A stretch of DNA of 64,000 nucleotides from Polyangiaceae bacterium (GTDB taxonomy: Bacteria > Myxococcota_A > Polyangia > Polyangiales > Polyangiaceae), in contig JBILLK010000016.1 of the NCBI GenBank assembly GCA_044376115.1, forward strand, positions 154,830 through 218,829, read 5' to 3'. The notes below the pieces were generated by a model that worked only from the letters and a program-made list of their open reading frames with translations, searched no databases and was not told the DNA's origin. A program made the translations under genes and the position numbers. Each line of letters opens with the position of its first letter. The stretch's first letter is position 1. Shown here in pieces: positions 1 through 9,737 of this stretch.

Positions 1-313
1 TCCCCGGAGGTACCACTCGCACCTTCGAAAGGTCGGATTTGACCGGCAACTTGTCGTGAAAATGCAGCGGGCCAGCGTCTTCCGGCGAAAGCGTACAGAC
101 GGCGAAGTAGAGCAGGATGGCTTGTTTGACCCACTCGTGGGTGACCCACTCGCCGCTGCTCGCGTCCTTTTCGGCTACGCGCAGTTCCCCCGCGTCGAGC
201 AGCGCGAGAACACGGCGAACCGCGCTCTCGGCGCCCTTCAGCTGGCTGCGATCCGCATAAGCCGCAGCGACGATGGATTGAAGCTCCGCTACTTCAGGAT
301 GATTCGACGTCAC
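1..313 (-). CDS. dapD: 2,3,4,5-tetrahydropyridine-2,6-dicarboxylate N-succinyltransferase, 5' part (runs off window start; absent from ORF track)
   Basis: Manual translation from GTG at 313 gives MTSNHPEV...LALLDAGELRVAEK...EWVTHEWVKQAILLYF...FHDKLPVK...RVVPPG, matching the DapD N-terminus; GGAG just upstream. Confidence 0.9.
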   Translation of the reverse strand, partial: MTSNHPEVAELQSIVAAAYADRSQLKGAESAVRRVLALLDAGELRVAEKDASSGEWVTHEWVKQAILLYFAVCTLSPEDAGPLHFHDKLPVKSDLSKVRVVPPG

Positions 314-350
314 GCTCCCGAACTACACGAGCCGCGTGCCTGAGGCTACG

Positions 351-1265
<915 letters not shown>

Positions 1266-1432
1266 AAAGACTCCAAGCATCAGGAAGGGAGGTTCTGGCC
1301 AAAGCCGGCCACACCTCGAGAGTCTATGGATGGGAGGCGATGGTGGTGACTCATGTTGCGCGCTCAACTGGAGAAAGCGTTGACCCCGAGAACACGTCCG
1401 TCACACTTTCCCGCCCAGGTACGACCTCGGGC

Positions 1433-2167
1433 ATGGCTCGCCTTCCCGCCTTTCTCCTGGCTCCCGTGTTCCTTGTCTCCTGCGCGCCGAACGCAGTCGC
1501 TCCGCAGCCCCAGCTAGCAGACTCCGTCGCTGACCAAGGGCACCAGGCGCTTGCACCAACACACGAGCGTCCGCGTCTCTCGCCGCCACCTGGCCTTCTC
1601 GCTTGGCCCAGCGAGGTGAGGGTGGTGGCACCAAGCTCGAGCTCGCGGCCCGAGGCCGAGCCAGAGGCAGCCGAAGGCCCAACCAGTCAGCCCCTAGCGT
1701 GCGGACTTCACAACCCCATGCCCGGCGGGTTTGCCGCTGGTTACCAAGCCGATACTGGGCTCGACCTCGCCGGCATGAATCAGCCCGTGTTTGCGTTGGC
1801 CGCGGGGTATGTCGACTATGCCGAAGAGGGGCACACTGCATGGCGCAGTCCCGGGGATGATGACCGCGCGATCCGCATCGAACTCGATGAGCCTTTGCAT
1901 ACGGCAGCTGGACGAGTCACCCATGTGTGGTACGCGCACCTGGCCGAGTTGGCCTTCACCCAAGCCGAGGGTGCAACGTCTCGTCGGCGTGTCGCTGCTG
2001 GTCAGCTCCTAGGGACGAGCGGTCGCGCCAACGGCATGTACCACCTTCACCTTGGCCTCTTGCTCGATCACGACACAACGCAAAACGGCGGGACCTTCCT
2101 GCTCGAGGATCAGGTCCGCGCCGTTCTCTGCAATCTGCGGCACAAGTCACGCTTGCCCGCTCATTGA
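1433..2167 (+). CDS. M23 peptidase-like lipoprotein
   Basis: Lipobox LVSC; DTGLD...PVFALAAG, WYAHL, GTSG...HLHLG follow the M23/LytM layout. Confidence 0.75.
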   Translation: MARLPAFLLAPVFLVSCAPNAVAPQPQLADSVADQGHQALAPTHERPRLSPPPGLLAWPSEVRVVAPSSSSRPEAEPEAAEGPTSQPLACGLHNPMPGGFAAGYQADTGLDLAGMNQPVFALAAGYVDYAEEGHTAWRSPGDDDRAIRIELDEPLHTAAGRVTHVWYAHLAELAFTQAEGATSRRRVAAGQLLGTSGRANGMYHLHLGLLLDHDTTQNGGTFLLEDQVRAVLCNLRHKSRLPAH

Positions 2168-2176
2168 GCTTGTTGG

Positions 2177-3391
2177 CTAGTTGTTGGCGTGGGTGAGCGG
2201 CGGCGCGACCGCATGAAAATCGCGCCGTATCTCCTCGAGGTAGCGAGCCAAGAGCTCATCGATACGGGCGGGTGAGGGCGAGCGCACGATCATGCCGATG
2301 TGGAACGCTTTGTTGAGCCGCCAGACCACCTCAGGATCGGCGAAGGCGGTGCTGTCAGGGTGCTCTTGGCGCGAGAGTGAGACCAAGATCCCTGCGTACT
2401 CGTCGCGCGTTGGCGGTGCGGTGTACGAACCGTTCTCTCCAGCTAGCTCGATCTTGGCCCACTCTGCCCACGGGTTGAGCCCGGTTGCAGCCTCCAGCAT
2501 GTCGGCGAGATGCGCTCCGCCTACGCGGGCGCTGGTCTCGAGGAAGTAGAGCAGGCCGTCATCGCGACCGCGGATGAACTCGGTGTGGCTTGCGCCGCGC
2601 ACCAAGCGCATCGCCGTGAGCACCTGGGCGTTCATCTCGATCAGCGCCTGGGAGTCCGAAGTCCCTGTTGGCAGAATGCGTGACGTAAAGACGTCGCCTT
2701 GGTGCGAGACGTCGAGCGGCGGCCTGCCGTAGCGGCTCGCACGGACGAACAACACCTTGCCTTCGTGCACGAGCGAGTCGACGTGGAACACGTCACCCGC
2801 GACGTAGCGCTCGAGCAGAAACTCCGAGCGCTCGTCGCCCAACTTCTCGATGATCTGCCACAGCTCTTCATGCGAGTGCGCCTTCTTGATGCCGATGGCT
2901 CCGGCGCTCGAGCGCGGCTTGACGACCCAAGGGGCGGGCACGCGGCTCGTGAACTCGCGGATGCGATCTTCGTTCAGCAGGTGGACGAAGTCCGGAACAT
3001 TGATACCCGTGCTTTGGGCCCGCACACGCATCGCGAGCTTGTCGCGGAAGTAACGCGTCGTGGTCTCGCCCATGCCGGGGATACGCAGGTGCTCGCGCAA
3101 GAGCGCCGCCGTCTCCAGATCGAAGTCGTCGAGCGGAACGATGCGGTCGAAATTTCTGGTGCGCGCGAGGTAGCTAACCGCGCGCTTGGTTTCATCGAGG
3201 TTCCACTTCTTGTCGACGTCTCGCATGAAGAAGAGTTCGTCGATCACATCGGTGGGAAATTGATGGCTGTGACGCAGGCTCTCCGAGGTGATGAGTACGA
3301 CTCTCCAGCCCTGCGCTTTGCACGACCGAAGGAAGTCGTGACCTTTGTCGTAGCTCGCGATAACTAAAACTGTCTTTTCTGAAGACGCCAT
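2177..3391 (-). CDS. ATP-grasp domain protein
   Basis: RDKLAMR, PWVVKPRSSAGAIG, LLERYV, HTEF, FLETSARVGG. Confidence 0.88.
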   Translation of the reverse strand: MASSEKTVLVIASYDKGHDFLRSCKAQGWRVVLITSESLRHSHQFPTDVIDELFFMRDVDKKWNLDETKRAVSYLARTRNFDRIVPLDDFDLETAALLREHLRIPGMGETTTRYFRDKLAMRVRAQSTGINVPDFVHLLNEDRIREFTSRVPAPWVVKPRSSAGAIGIKKAHSHEELWQIIEKLGDERSEFLLERYVAGDVFHVDSLVHEGKVLFVRASRYGRPPLDVSHQGDVFTSRILPTGTSDSQALIEMNAQVLTAMRLVRGASHTEFIRGRDDGLLYFLETSARVGGAHLADMLEAATGLNPWAEWAKIELAGENGSYTAPPTRDEYAGILVSLSRQEHPDSTAFADPEVVWRLNKAFHIGMIVRSPSPARIDELLARYLEEIRRDFHAVAPPLTHANN

Positions 3392-3426
3392 GGCGCCGCA
3401 TCATAAGGGCAAGTGAAGACGCGCGA

Positions 3427-4527
3427 ATGAAGGTTTCCTGTAATTTCGAGGGCGGAAGGATTGAGGTTCAGGAGCTTGGGGCCCACGGCGCCACGCTGAC
3501 CATTCCTCACGACGTCGGCGCCCCGCGTTTTCGACAGTGGTTCGCCTTTGACGTAAGCGGCCCGCCGGGGACGCCGTTCGAGCTTTTCATCCACAACGCC
3601 CATGAATGCACCTGGGGGGACGCCTTCGGAGGAGCCTACAAAGTGTTTGCCTCGGACGGCCGGGCTTGGCGACGGCTCGATTCGAGCCTGGCGGGCGGCA
3701 AGCTGATCATTCGCGGTACGCACGCCGCCCAGCGCCTTCGCCTCTGTTACTACCCGCCGTATCCGACGCAGCGGCTTTCGGCCCTACGCCGCCGCATCCG
3801 CATGGCCGGCGGCGCCGTCCGCCTGCTCGGCAAAACCCAGGCAGGCCGAGCCATCGAATGTTTGCAGCTCGGAAAGCAAGAGCGTCCCGTGTGGGTGATC
3901 GCGCAACAACACCCTGGCGAGGCGATGGCCGGCTGGTTCGTCGAAGGCCTCGTCGAGTTCTTGACCGGCGGTGGCGCGGCGGCGGGTGCGCTCTTGGAGA
4001 CGGTTGGTTTCGCCATTATTCCGCGCATGAACCCAGACGGTGCTGCCGTCGGGAATCACCGCACCACTCCGCAAGGGCTGGATTTGAACCGGAAGTGGGC
4101 CCACGAGGCAGCGCCAGTCGAGGTGAGCGTGGCTCGCGCCGCGATGATCGAAAGCGGTGCAAGGTTCTTTCTCGACGTGCACGGCGATGAGCGGCTGCCT
4201 TGGGTGTTCGCCCAGCCGCCTGATGGTCTGCCGCCGTTGGCGGTCCGCAATCAGGTGGACGCCTTCCAAGCGGAGATGTTGCGGCTAACTCCTGACTACC
4301 AAACGAAGCATCGTTATCCGTACGATCCACGAGGGACACCGAGCTTGGCTTTCGCAACCAACTGGGTGCACAACCAGTTCGGTATCCCGGCTCTCACGCT
4401 TGAGTTGCCCTTCTCGGACCACCTCGGCCGGCCGGATCCGCGTGGATTTTTCCCAGCGCGAGCTCGCAGGTTGGGCGCTCGTGTTGCGCGCGGGCTCGGC
4501 GTAGCGCTGCTACCACAACAAGGCTGA
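3427..4527 (+). CDS. M14-family cytosolic-type zinc carboxypeptidase
   Basis: NFEGG N-domain, QQHPGE, NPDG...GNHR...DLNR, LDVHGDE, LTLELPF. Confidence 0.88.
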   Translation: MKVSCNFEGGRIEVQELGAHGATLTIPHDVGAPRFRQWFAFDVSGPPGTPFELFIHNAHECTWGDAFGGAYKVFASDGRAWRRLDSSLAGGKLIIRGTHAAQRLRLCYYPPYPTQRLSALRRRIRMAGGAVRLLGKTQAGRAIECLQLGKQERPVWVIAQQHPGEAMAGWFVEGLVEFLTGGGAAAGALLETVGFAIIPRMNPDGAAVGNHRTTPQGLDLNRKWAHEAAPVEVSVARAAMIESGARFFLDVHGDERLPWVFAQPPDGLPPLAVRNQVDAFQAEMLRLTPDYQTKHRYPYDPRGTPSLAFATNWVHNQFGIPALTLELPFSDHLGRPDPRGFFPARARRLGARVARGLGVALLPQQG

Positions 4528-4645
4528 GCAGGCGTCGGAGTGAGTCCAAGTACGACCGTTCTTCGCCGACCCGATTCTCCAGCAGACTTTTGTCGCGGCC
4601 GTTCTCATAAGCGCGCGTAGCATCGAACCCCTACACGGAGGCCGC

Positions 4646-6667
4646 ATGCCGACGCTCGACTTCACCTGTGCGATTGGGAACCCGTTCGACATTCGACGAT
4701 TCACCGTTCGCGAATCGCTTCATAAGCTGTTCTCGGTTGATCTTCTCGTCGTAGCGGAGGACTACAACATCGACCTTTCCGCCGTCGTTGGGCAGCCCGC
4801 GAGCTTCCGCATCGACACGGGCTACGTGCGGGTGGGGGCAACCAAACGCGGTTGGTCTGGCGTCTGCAACTACGTCGAGCAGGTGCAGGGGATGGAAGTC
4901 GGGAGGCACGGCACGCGCGTGCTCTCGACCTACAAACTGCAGGTGGTGCCGGAGCTCTGGATGCTCGGTCGGCGCAGGAACCACCGCATCTTTCAGCGCC
5001 TGTCGATCCCGGACATCATCGACAAGCTGCTCGGCGAGTGGGGGCTCGAACCGACCTGGAAGATCGAGCGCGGCAAGTACCCGAAGCTCGAATACAAGAG
5101 CCAATACGGCGAGACCGATTACGCCTTCTTCTCTCGCCTACTGGAGGAAGCCGGCATCACGTACATCCTCGCCGACGAGGAAGAGTCGACGTCGCTCGTG
5201 TTCGTCGACGACCTCTCCAACAAGCCGCTGCGTGAGGCTCCCAACGTCCCTTACGAAGACGCGCCGATGGAGGCCGCACAAAAGCCTTACGTCACCAAGC
5301 TTCGTTACTTCCACGACGTAAGGCCGGGAGCGCATGAAGTTGTCGACTTCGACTTCCGCAACCCGAGCTTCCGTCTGTTCGGTGAAGGGCCGAAGGCCGG
5401 TGCACCGGAGATGAAGCTCGAGCACTACGAATACCATCCCGGTGCCGCCCGCATTGAAGGCAAGCCCGGCGGTAACACGCCGATCGCAGACGATAAGGGC
5501 GCCTATCGTTATGACGGTGATTACCTCACTGCGAAGGCCAGTCGCGGGCTCGAGGCGCGCCGCGCCGGCAAACGCTCGATCGAATTTGCTACCAACGTCG
5601 TGGACCTCTCGCCCGGTGTAGCGCTGCAGATCGACGGCCACCCGCATGAGGCCGTTGCCGAGAAGATCCTCGTCAACTGGTTCGAGATCAGCGGCACCCA
5701 CGACGGCCATTGGGACATGACGGTCAACGCGCAGTTTCGCTCCGACGCGTATCGGCCGCCGCTCGAAACCCCGAAGCCGCAAGTTCACGGTGTTCAGAGC
5801 GCCACGGTGGTTGGGCCCAAGGGTCAAGAGATCCACGTCGATGAGTTCGGTCGCGTGCGCGTGCAGTTCCCGTGGGACCGCGAAGGCACCATGGATGACA
5901 ACAGCTCGTGTTGGATGCGCGTGAGCCAGGGCTGGTCCGGCACCGGCTTCGGCATGATCAACATCCCGCGCATCGGTCAAGAGGTGCTGGTCGGCTTCCT
6001 CGACGGCGACCCTGACGAGCCGCTGGTGGTAGGCCGGGTGTTCAACCAGCTCAACCCGGTGCCTTACAAGCTCCCCGAGAACAAGACGGTCTCCGGGTGG
6101 AAGACCAACTCGTCACCGACTACCGGCGGTTACAACGAGTTCAAGTTGGAGGACAAAGCGCAGAAGGAGCTCATCTACCTCCAGGCGCAAAAAGACCTTC
6201 ACAAGCTGGTCAAACGTGATTGGACCGAGCGCATTGGGCGACACCACCACCGCACGGTGGTCGAGAATCAGCACCTGATCGTGGTCAAGACCAAGAAGGA
6301 GCTGATCAAGGTGGATGACCATCTGCACGTGATGGGCGATCGCATGCAGAAGATCGACAAGTCCACGTCGCTCACGGTTGGCGTCGACCAACAAGAGAAG
6401 ATCGGCAACAAGCACGCGGTCGACGCAGGCAAAGAGATCCATCTCAAAGCAGGAACCAAGGTCGTGGTCGAGGCTGGCTCGCAGCTCACCATCAAAGGCG
6501 CTGGAGGCTTCATCTCGATTCACCCTGGTGGGGTGGACATCGTGGGAACGCTCGTGCGCATCAACAGCGGCGGTTCAGCCGCCGCTGGTGGCGGCTCGTC
6601 ACCGACAGCGCCGAAAGACGCCGAGGAGGCTTTCCCGAAGGACTCATCCGACCAAATCCAGGATTAA
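4646..6667 (+). CDS. vgrG: Type VI secretion spike protein VgrG/TssI
   Basis: QYGETDYAFFSRLLEEAGI, GVQSATVVGP..EIHVDEFGRVRVQFPWDR, PRIGQEVLVGFLDGDPD, gp5-like C-terminal repeats; GGAGG RBS. Confidence 0.96.
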   Translation: MPTLDFTCAIGNPFDIRRFTVRESLHKLFSVDLLVVAEDYNIDLSAVVGQPASFRIDTGYVRVGATKRGWSGVCNYVEQVQGMEVGRHGTRVLSTYKLQVVPELWMLGRRRNHRIFQRLSIPDIIDKLLGEWGLEPTWKIERGKYPKLEYKSQYGETDYAFFSRLLEEAGITYILADEEESTSLVFVDDLSNKPLREAPNVPYEDAPMEAAQKPYVTKLRYFHDVRPGAHEVVDFDFRNPSFRLFGEGPKAGAPEMKLEHYEYHPGAARIEGKPGGNTPIADDKGAYRYDGDYLTAKASRGLEARRAGKRSIEFATNVVDLSPGVALQIDGHPHEAVAEKILVNWFEISGTHDGHWDMTVNAQFRSDAYRPPLETPKPQVHGVQSATVVGPKGQEIHVDEFGRVRVQFPWDREGTMDDNSSCWMRVSQGWSGTGFGMINIPRIGQEVLVGFLDGDPDEPLVVGRVFNQLNPVPYKLPENKTVSGWKTNSSPTTGGYNEFKLEDKAQKELIYLQAQKDLHKLVKRDWTERIGRHHHRTVVENQHLIVVKTKKELIKVDDHLHVMGDRMQKIDKSTSLTVGVDQQEKIGNKHAVDAGKEIHLKAGTKVVVEAGSQLTIKGAGGFISIHPGGVDIVGTLVRINSGGSAAAGGGSSPTAPKDAEEAFPKDSSDQIQD

Positions 6668-6670
6668 GCC

Positions 6671-8287
6671 ATGCCCCCTGCCGCACGCATCTCCGACATG
6701 CATACCTGCCCCATGGTCAATCCAGGGCCGGTTCCTCACGTAGGTGGTCCTATCATCTCCGGCAGTCCCAACGTCATCACGGGGTACATGCCGCAGGGGC
6801 GCGTTGGTGACAGTCTCATCTGCGTCCCCGCGGTGGACAGCATCGCCGCTGGCTCTCCCACCGTGCTCGTCAACAACATGATGGCGGCGCGGCTCGGTGA
6901 TTCCACCGCACACGGCGGGAAGATCGTGGCCGGTTGTCCGAGCGTGCTGATCGGGCAAACCGGCCAGGGCTCGACGCTCGCCGGTGCAGCTGCCAACGGC
7001 ACGCCGTTCTGCGAAGAATGCGAGAAAGCCAAACGCGCGCTCGCCAAAGAACTCGGGGAGGCGCCCCCGGCGAATCAGCCTCCCGCGGGCTCGGCAAACA
7101 CGCTGTTCGAGTCGGGCAAAGCCATCATCGAGAGCATCAAGAAGAAGATCGATGAGATCGCTCCGCCGGCCAAGCGCGAGGAGTTCAAGAAGCTCATCAA
7201 GACGCTCAAGCCGGTGGCGGAGCAGCTGCGGGCCAAAGGTGAAGACGCGCAGTCGGTAGCCAACTGGGCGGTGACCGCGCGCAAGGTGATCGCCGAGCAC
7301 TACGGTGCAGAGCTCGACACGCACGGCGATTTGCTCAAGTTCGTCTACGACCGCAACCAAGCCAAATTCGGGGACAAGCTCGGTCCCGGCGTCGCTTGGC
7401 TGATGGAGGACAAGAACAAGAAGTACCGCGACCTCCTCGACGCCGCCGCCGAGGGCAAATTCAAAGAGGGCCTCAAGAACCTTCGCGGGGACATCGTTGA
7501 TGACCTGACCGCGAACGTGATCGATGACAAGCGCACCCGCGAGCTCATCCGCATGGCCGCGGAGGGTAAGTTCAAAGATCTGAAGGGTGAGCTAGCCAGC
7601 GATCTGGCCGGCAAGTTCACCGACAACGAGAAGCTCAAAGAGCTCGCTTCCGCCGCGGCGAAGGGTGAGTTCAAAGAGAAGTTCAAGCAGATCACGGGTG
7701 AGGTCGCCTACGATCTGGCCGGCAAGTTCACCGACAACGAGAACCTCAAGATGCTCGCCGAGGCGGCCGCACATGGCCATCTCAAGGAGTCGTTCGAGAA
7801 TCTCAAGGGCAGCCTCGCAAGCGATCTCGTGGGGAATTTCACCAGCGATGAACGTCTCAAGGAGCTGGCGTCGGCTGCCGCCGATGGCAACTTCGAGGCG
7901 AAGTTCCGTGAGATCGCGGGCAAAGAACTCGCAGGCGCTGTCGGCAAACAGGTTGATAACGAGAACATCAAGGCGCTCGCCGCAGCCTTGGTGGAAGGCA
8001 ATATCAAAGAGAAGTTCGCGATGGTGAAAGGCGACCTCGCGTCGGACATCGTGAAGAACATGACCGGCAACGACAAACTCGGTGTGCTGGCCAAAGCCGC
8101 GGTCGAACAGAATTTGCCGCAGCAACTCGGTCAGTTCTCGAAGGAGGCTGTCGATAAGCTGTTTGAGGGCATGATGAACAACCCGGAGGCGGCCAAGGTG
8201 CTCGGTCCGGTCGTGGACTACCTCAAGGAGCAGGTCAGCACCAAGGTGATGGAGGAGGCGCTGAAGCTGCTTCCCGGAGGCGGCTGA
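6671..8287 (+). CDS. PAAR-domain specialised T6SS effector with toxin-like core and helical repeats
   Basis: MPPAARISDMHTCP, GRVGD, AARLGD..HGG PAAR motifs; PFCEEC; long C-terminal extension; directly follows vgrG. Confidence 0.88.
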   Translation: MPPAARISDMHTCPMVNPGPVPHVGGPIISGSPNVITGYMPQGRVGDSLICVPAVDSIAAGSPTVLVNNMMAARLGDSTAHGGKIVAGCPSVLIGQTGQGSTLAGAAANGTPFCEECEKAKRALAKELGEAPPANQPPAGSANTLFESGKAIIESIKKKIDEIAPPAKREEFKKLIKTLKPVAEQLRAKGEDAQSVANWAVTARKVIAEHYGAELDTHGDLLKFVYDRNQAKFGDKLGPGVAWLMEDKNKKYRDLLDAAAEGKFKEGLKNLRGDIVDDLTANVIDDKRTRELIRMAAEGKFKDLKGELASDLAGKFTDNEKLKELASAAAKGEFKEKFKQITGEVAYDLAGKFTDNENLKMLAEAAAHGHLKESFENLKGSLASDLVGNFTSDERLKELASAAADGNFEAKFREIAGKELAGAVGKQVDNENIKALAAALVEGNIKEKFAMVKGDLASDIVKNMTGNDKLGVLAKAAVEQNLPQQLGQFSKEAVDKLFEGMMNNPEAAKVLGPVVDYLKEQVSTKVMEEALKLLPGGG

Positions 8288-8289
8288 GC

Positions 8290-8799
8290 ATGTTGGTGCT
8301 CGACTTCCTGCGAGCCAACACCTTCTTCTCGTTCGACCCGGCTACTGGCGCGCTCGCGCCGAGCGCAACGCAAGGTGCGCCGAAGGGCGTGGTCATGGAG
8401 CTGGGGGATCAGCGCGCCGTGTTTTTCGCCGAGTCGGGGCGCTTGCACCTGCACCTCGGCGAAGAGCGTTGCGTACTCGGTAAAGGCGCTGATTTGAGCG
8501 CCGAGGTCGAGCTGCCCGACGAAGACGGATCTCGCGCCTCGGTTGTGCGAGGTCCCGGCAATGAGCCCGGTGCTGACACGGTGGTGGTGAAGCTCTCTGG
8601 CGAGGATCTGCGCAAGCTGCGGATCGAGAAGGGCGGCAAGCTGCTGCTGGCCCATTCCTACCCAAACCCGATCAATCCACCGATGGAGTTCGACCTCGGT
8701 ATGGCGGAGGAAGAAGACTTCGATCTCGGCCTGTTCATCGCCAATGTTGCAAGCTCCCCTGAGCGTGTGGACTTCCTACTCGAGAAGTGGGCGTCTTGA
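8290..8799 (+). CDS. Hypothetical protein, candidate immunity protein
   Basis: Small ORF starting 2 nt after the effector stop; no signal peptide evident. Confidence 0.6.
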   Translation: MLVLDFLRANTFFSFDPATGALAPSATQGAPKGVVMELGDQRAVFFAESGRLHLHLGEERCVLGKGADLSAEVELPDEDGSRASVVRGPGNEPGADTVVVKLSGEDLRKLRIEKGGKLLLAHSYPNPINPPMEFDLGMAEEEDFDLGLFIANVASSPERVDFLLEKWAS

Positions 8800-8846
8800 T
8801 TTCCAACCTGGGCGCGGCTGCGGACGTCGCGTCGCGAGCTTCCACC

Positions 8847-9722
8847 ATGAGTGACGCAAGCAACGAGCTAGCACCGCCCTCCCAGCCGCTTCGTCGCGGC
8901 ATCCTGATGATCCTCTGGGGGCCGCACGCCTTCCGCAAGATCGTGCTCGAGCCGGGGCAGACGCTGACGATTGGTCGCACCGACCGAGCGAACATCGCCG
9001 TCAATGATCCGCAGCTGAGCGGCGTCCACTTCAGCATTTGGTGGAGCGGTCGGCAGGCGCTGGTCCGCGATCTCGGCAGCGCGACGGGGCTGCAAGTAAA
9101 CGGTGATTTGCAACCGCGTGGTTTCATCGAACACGGCGGCTTCGTGATCGCCGGCGCGACCACCTTCCAGATCTTCGTCGAGGGCTTTACGGCGGTGAGT
9201 GAGGAGCCTCTGGCTGCGTCACGCGCAGCGCGCATCGAGGCCATCAAGGCAGAGCTCGGTCCGCGCGACGGCCAGCTCTACGGCATCTTCGACGCCGCGC
9301 GCGATGAGCGCGTGCGCTGGGTACTCGCCGAATCGATCGACGCTCATCAGAATCTCTATGAAGGCTTTGAAGGGCGCATCCTCGATGACAAGGCGCCCTA
9401 CCTCGTCCGCTTCGAGGCCGACTCGGATCTGCTCGACCGTTTGTTGATCGGCGGTTGGGGTAACGCCTGGGGCATCTACTTTCGCTCCGATGCGCACCAA
9501 AAGGAGGTCCGGCGTCACGCTCGGCGCTTCTTGATGGCGGAGGAAGAAGAGACGACCGAGAAGCTGTATTTCCGCTTCTATGATCCGCGGGTTTTTCGCG
9601 ACTTCGTCAAGGTCGCTACGCCCCGCCAACGGGAAGAACTGCTCGCTTCTACGCAAGGGTACTTCTTCGAAGCCGAGGACGACTCGGTGGCTAGCCTGCT
9701 GCCCGCCGGCCCCACCGGCTGA
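8847..9722 (+). CDS. FHA domain + DUF4123 T6SS effector chaperone
   Basis: IGR...LSGVHF...VRDLGSATG (FHA); LYGIFDAAR, LYEG, APYLV, WG, FRFYDPRV (DUF4123). Confidence 0.88.
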   Translation: MSDASNELAPPSQPLRRGILMILWGPHAFRKIVLEPGQTLTIGRTDRANIAVNDPQLSGVHFSIWWSGRQALVRDLGSATGLQVNGDLQPRGFIEHGGFVIAGATTFQIFVEGFTAVSEEPLAASRAARIEAIKAELGPRDGQLYGIFDAARDERVRWVLAESIDAHQNLYEGFEGRILDDKAPYLVRFEADSDLLDRLLIGGWGNAWGIYFRSDAHQKEVRRHARRFLMAEEEETTEKLYFRFYDPRVFRDFVKVATPRQREELLASTQGYFFEAEDDSVASLLPAGPTG

Positions 9723-9737
9723 GGCTCAACTCATCCG

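Noticed and set aside
56..343. 95-aa plus-strand ORF
   Set aside because: Antisense shadow of dapD on the minus strand.
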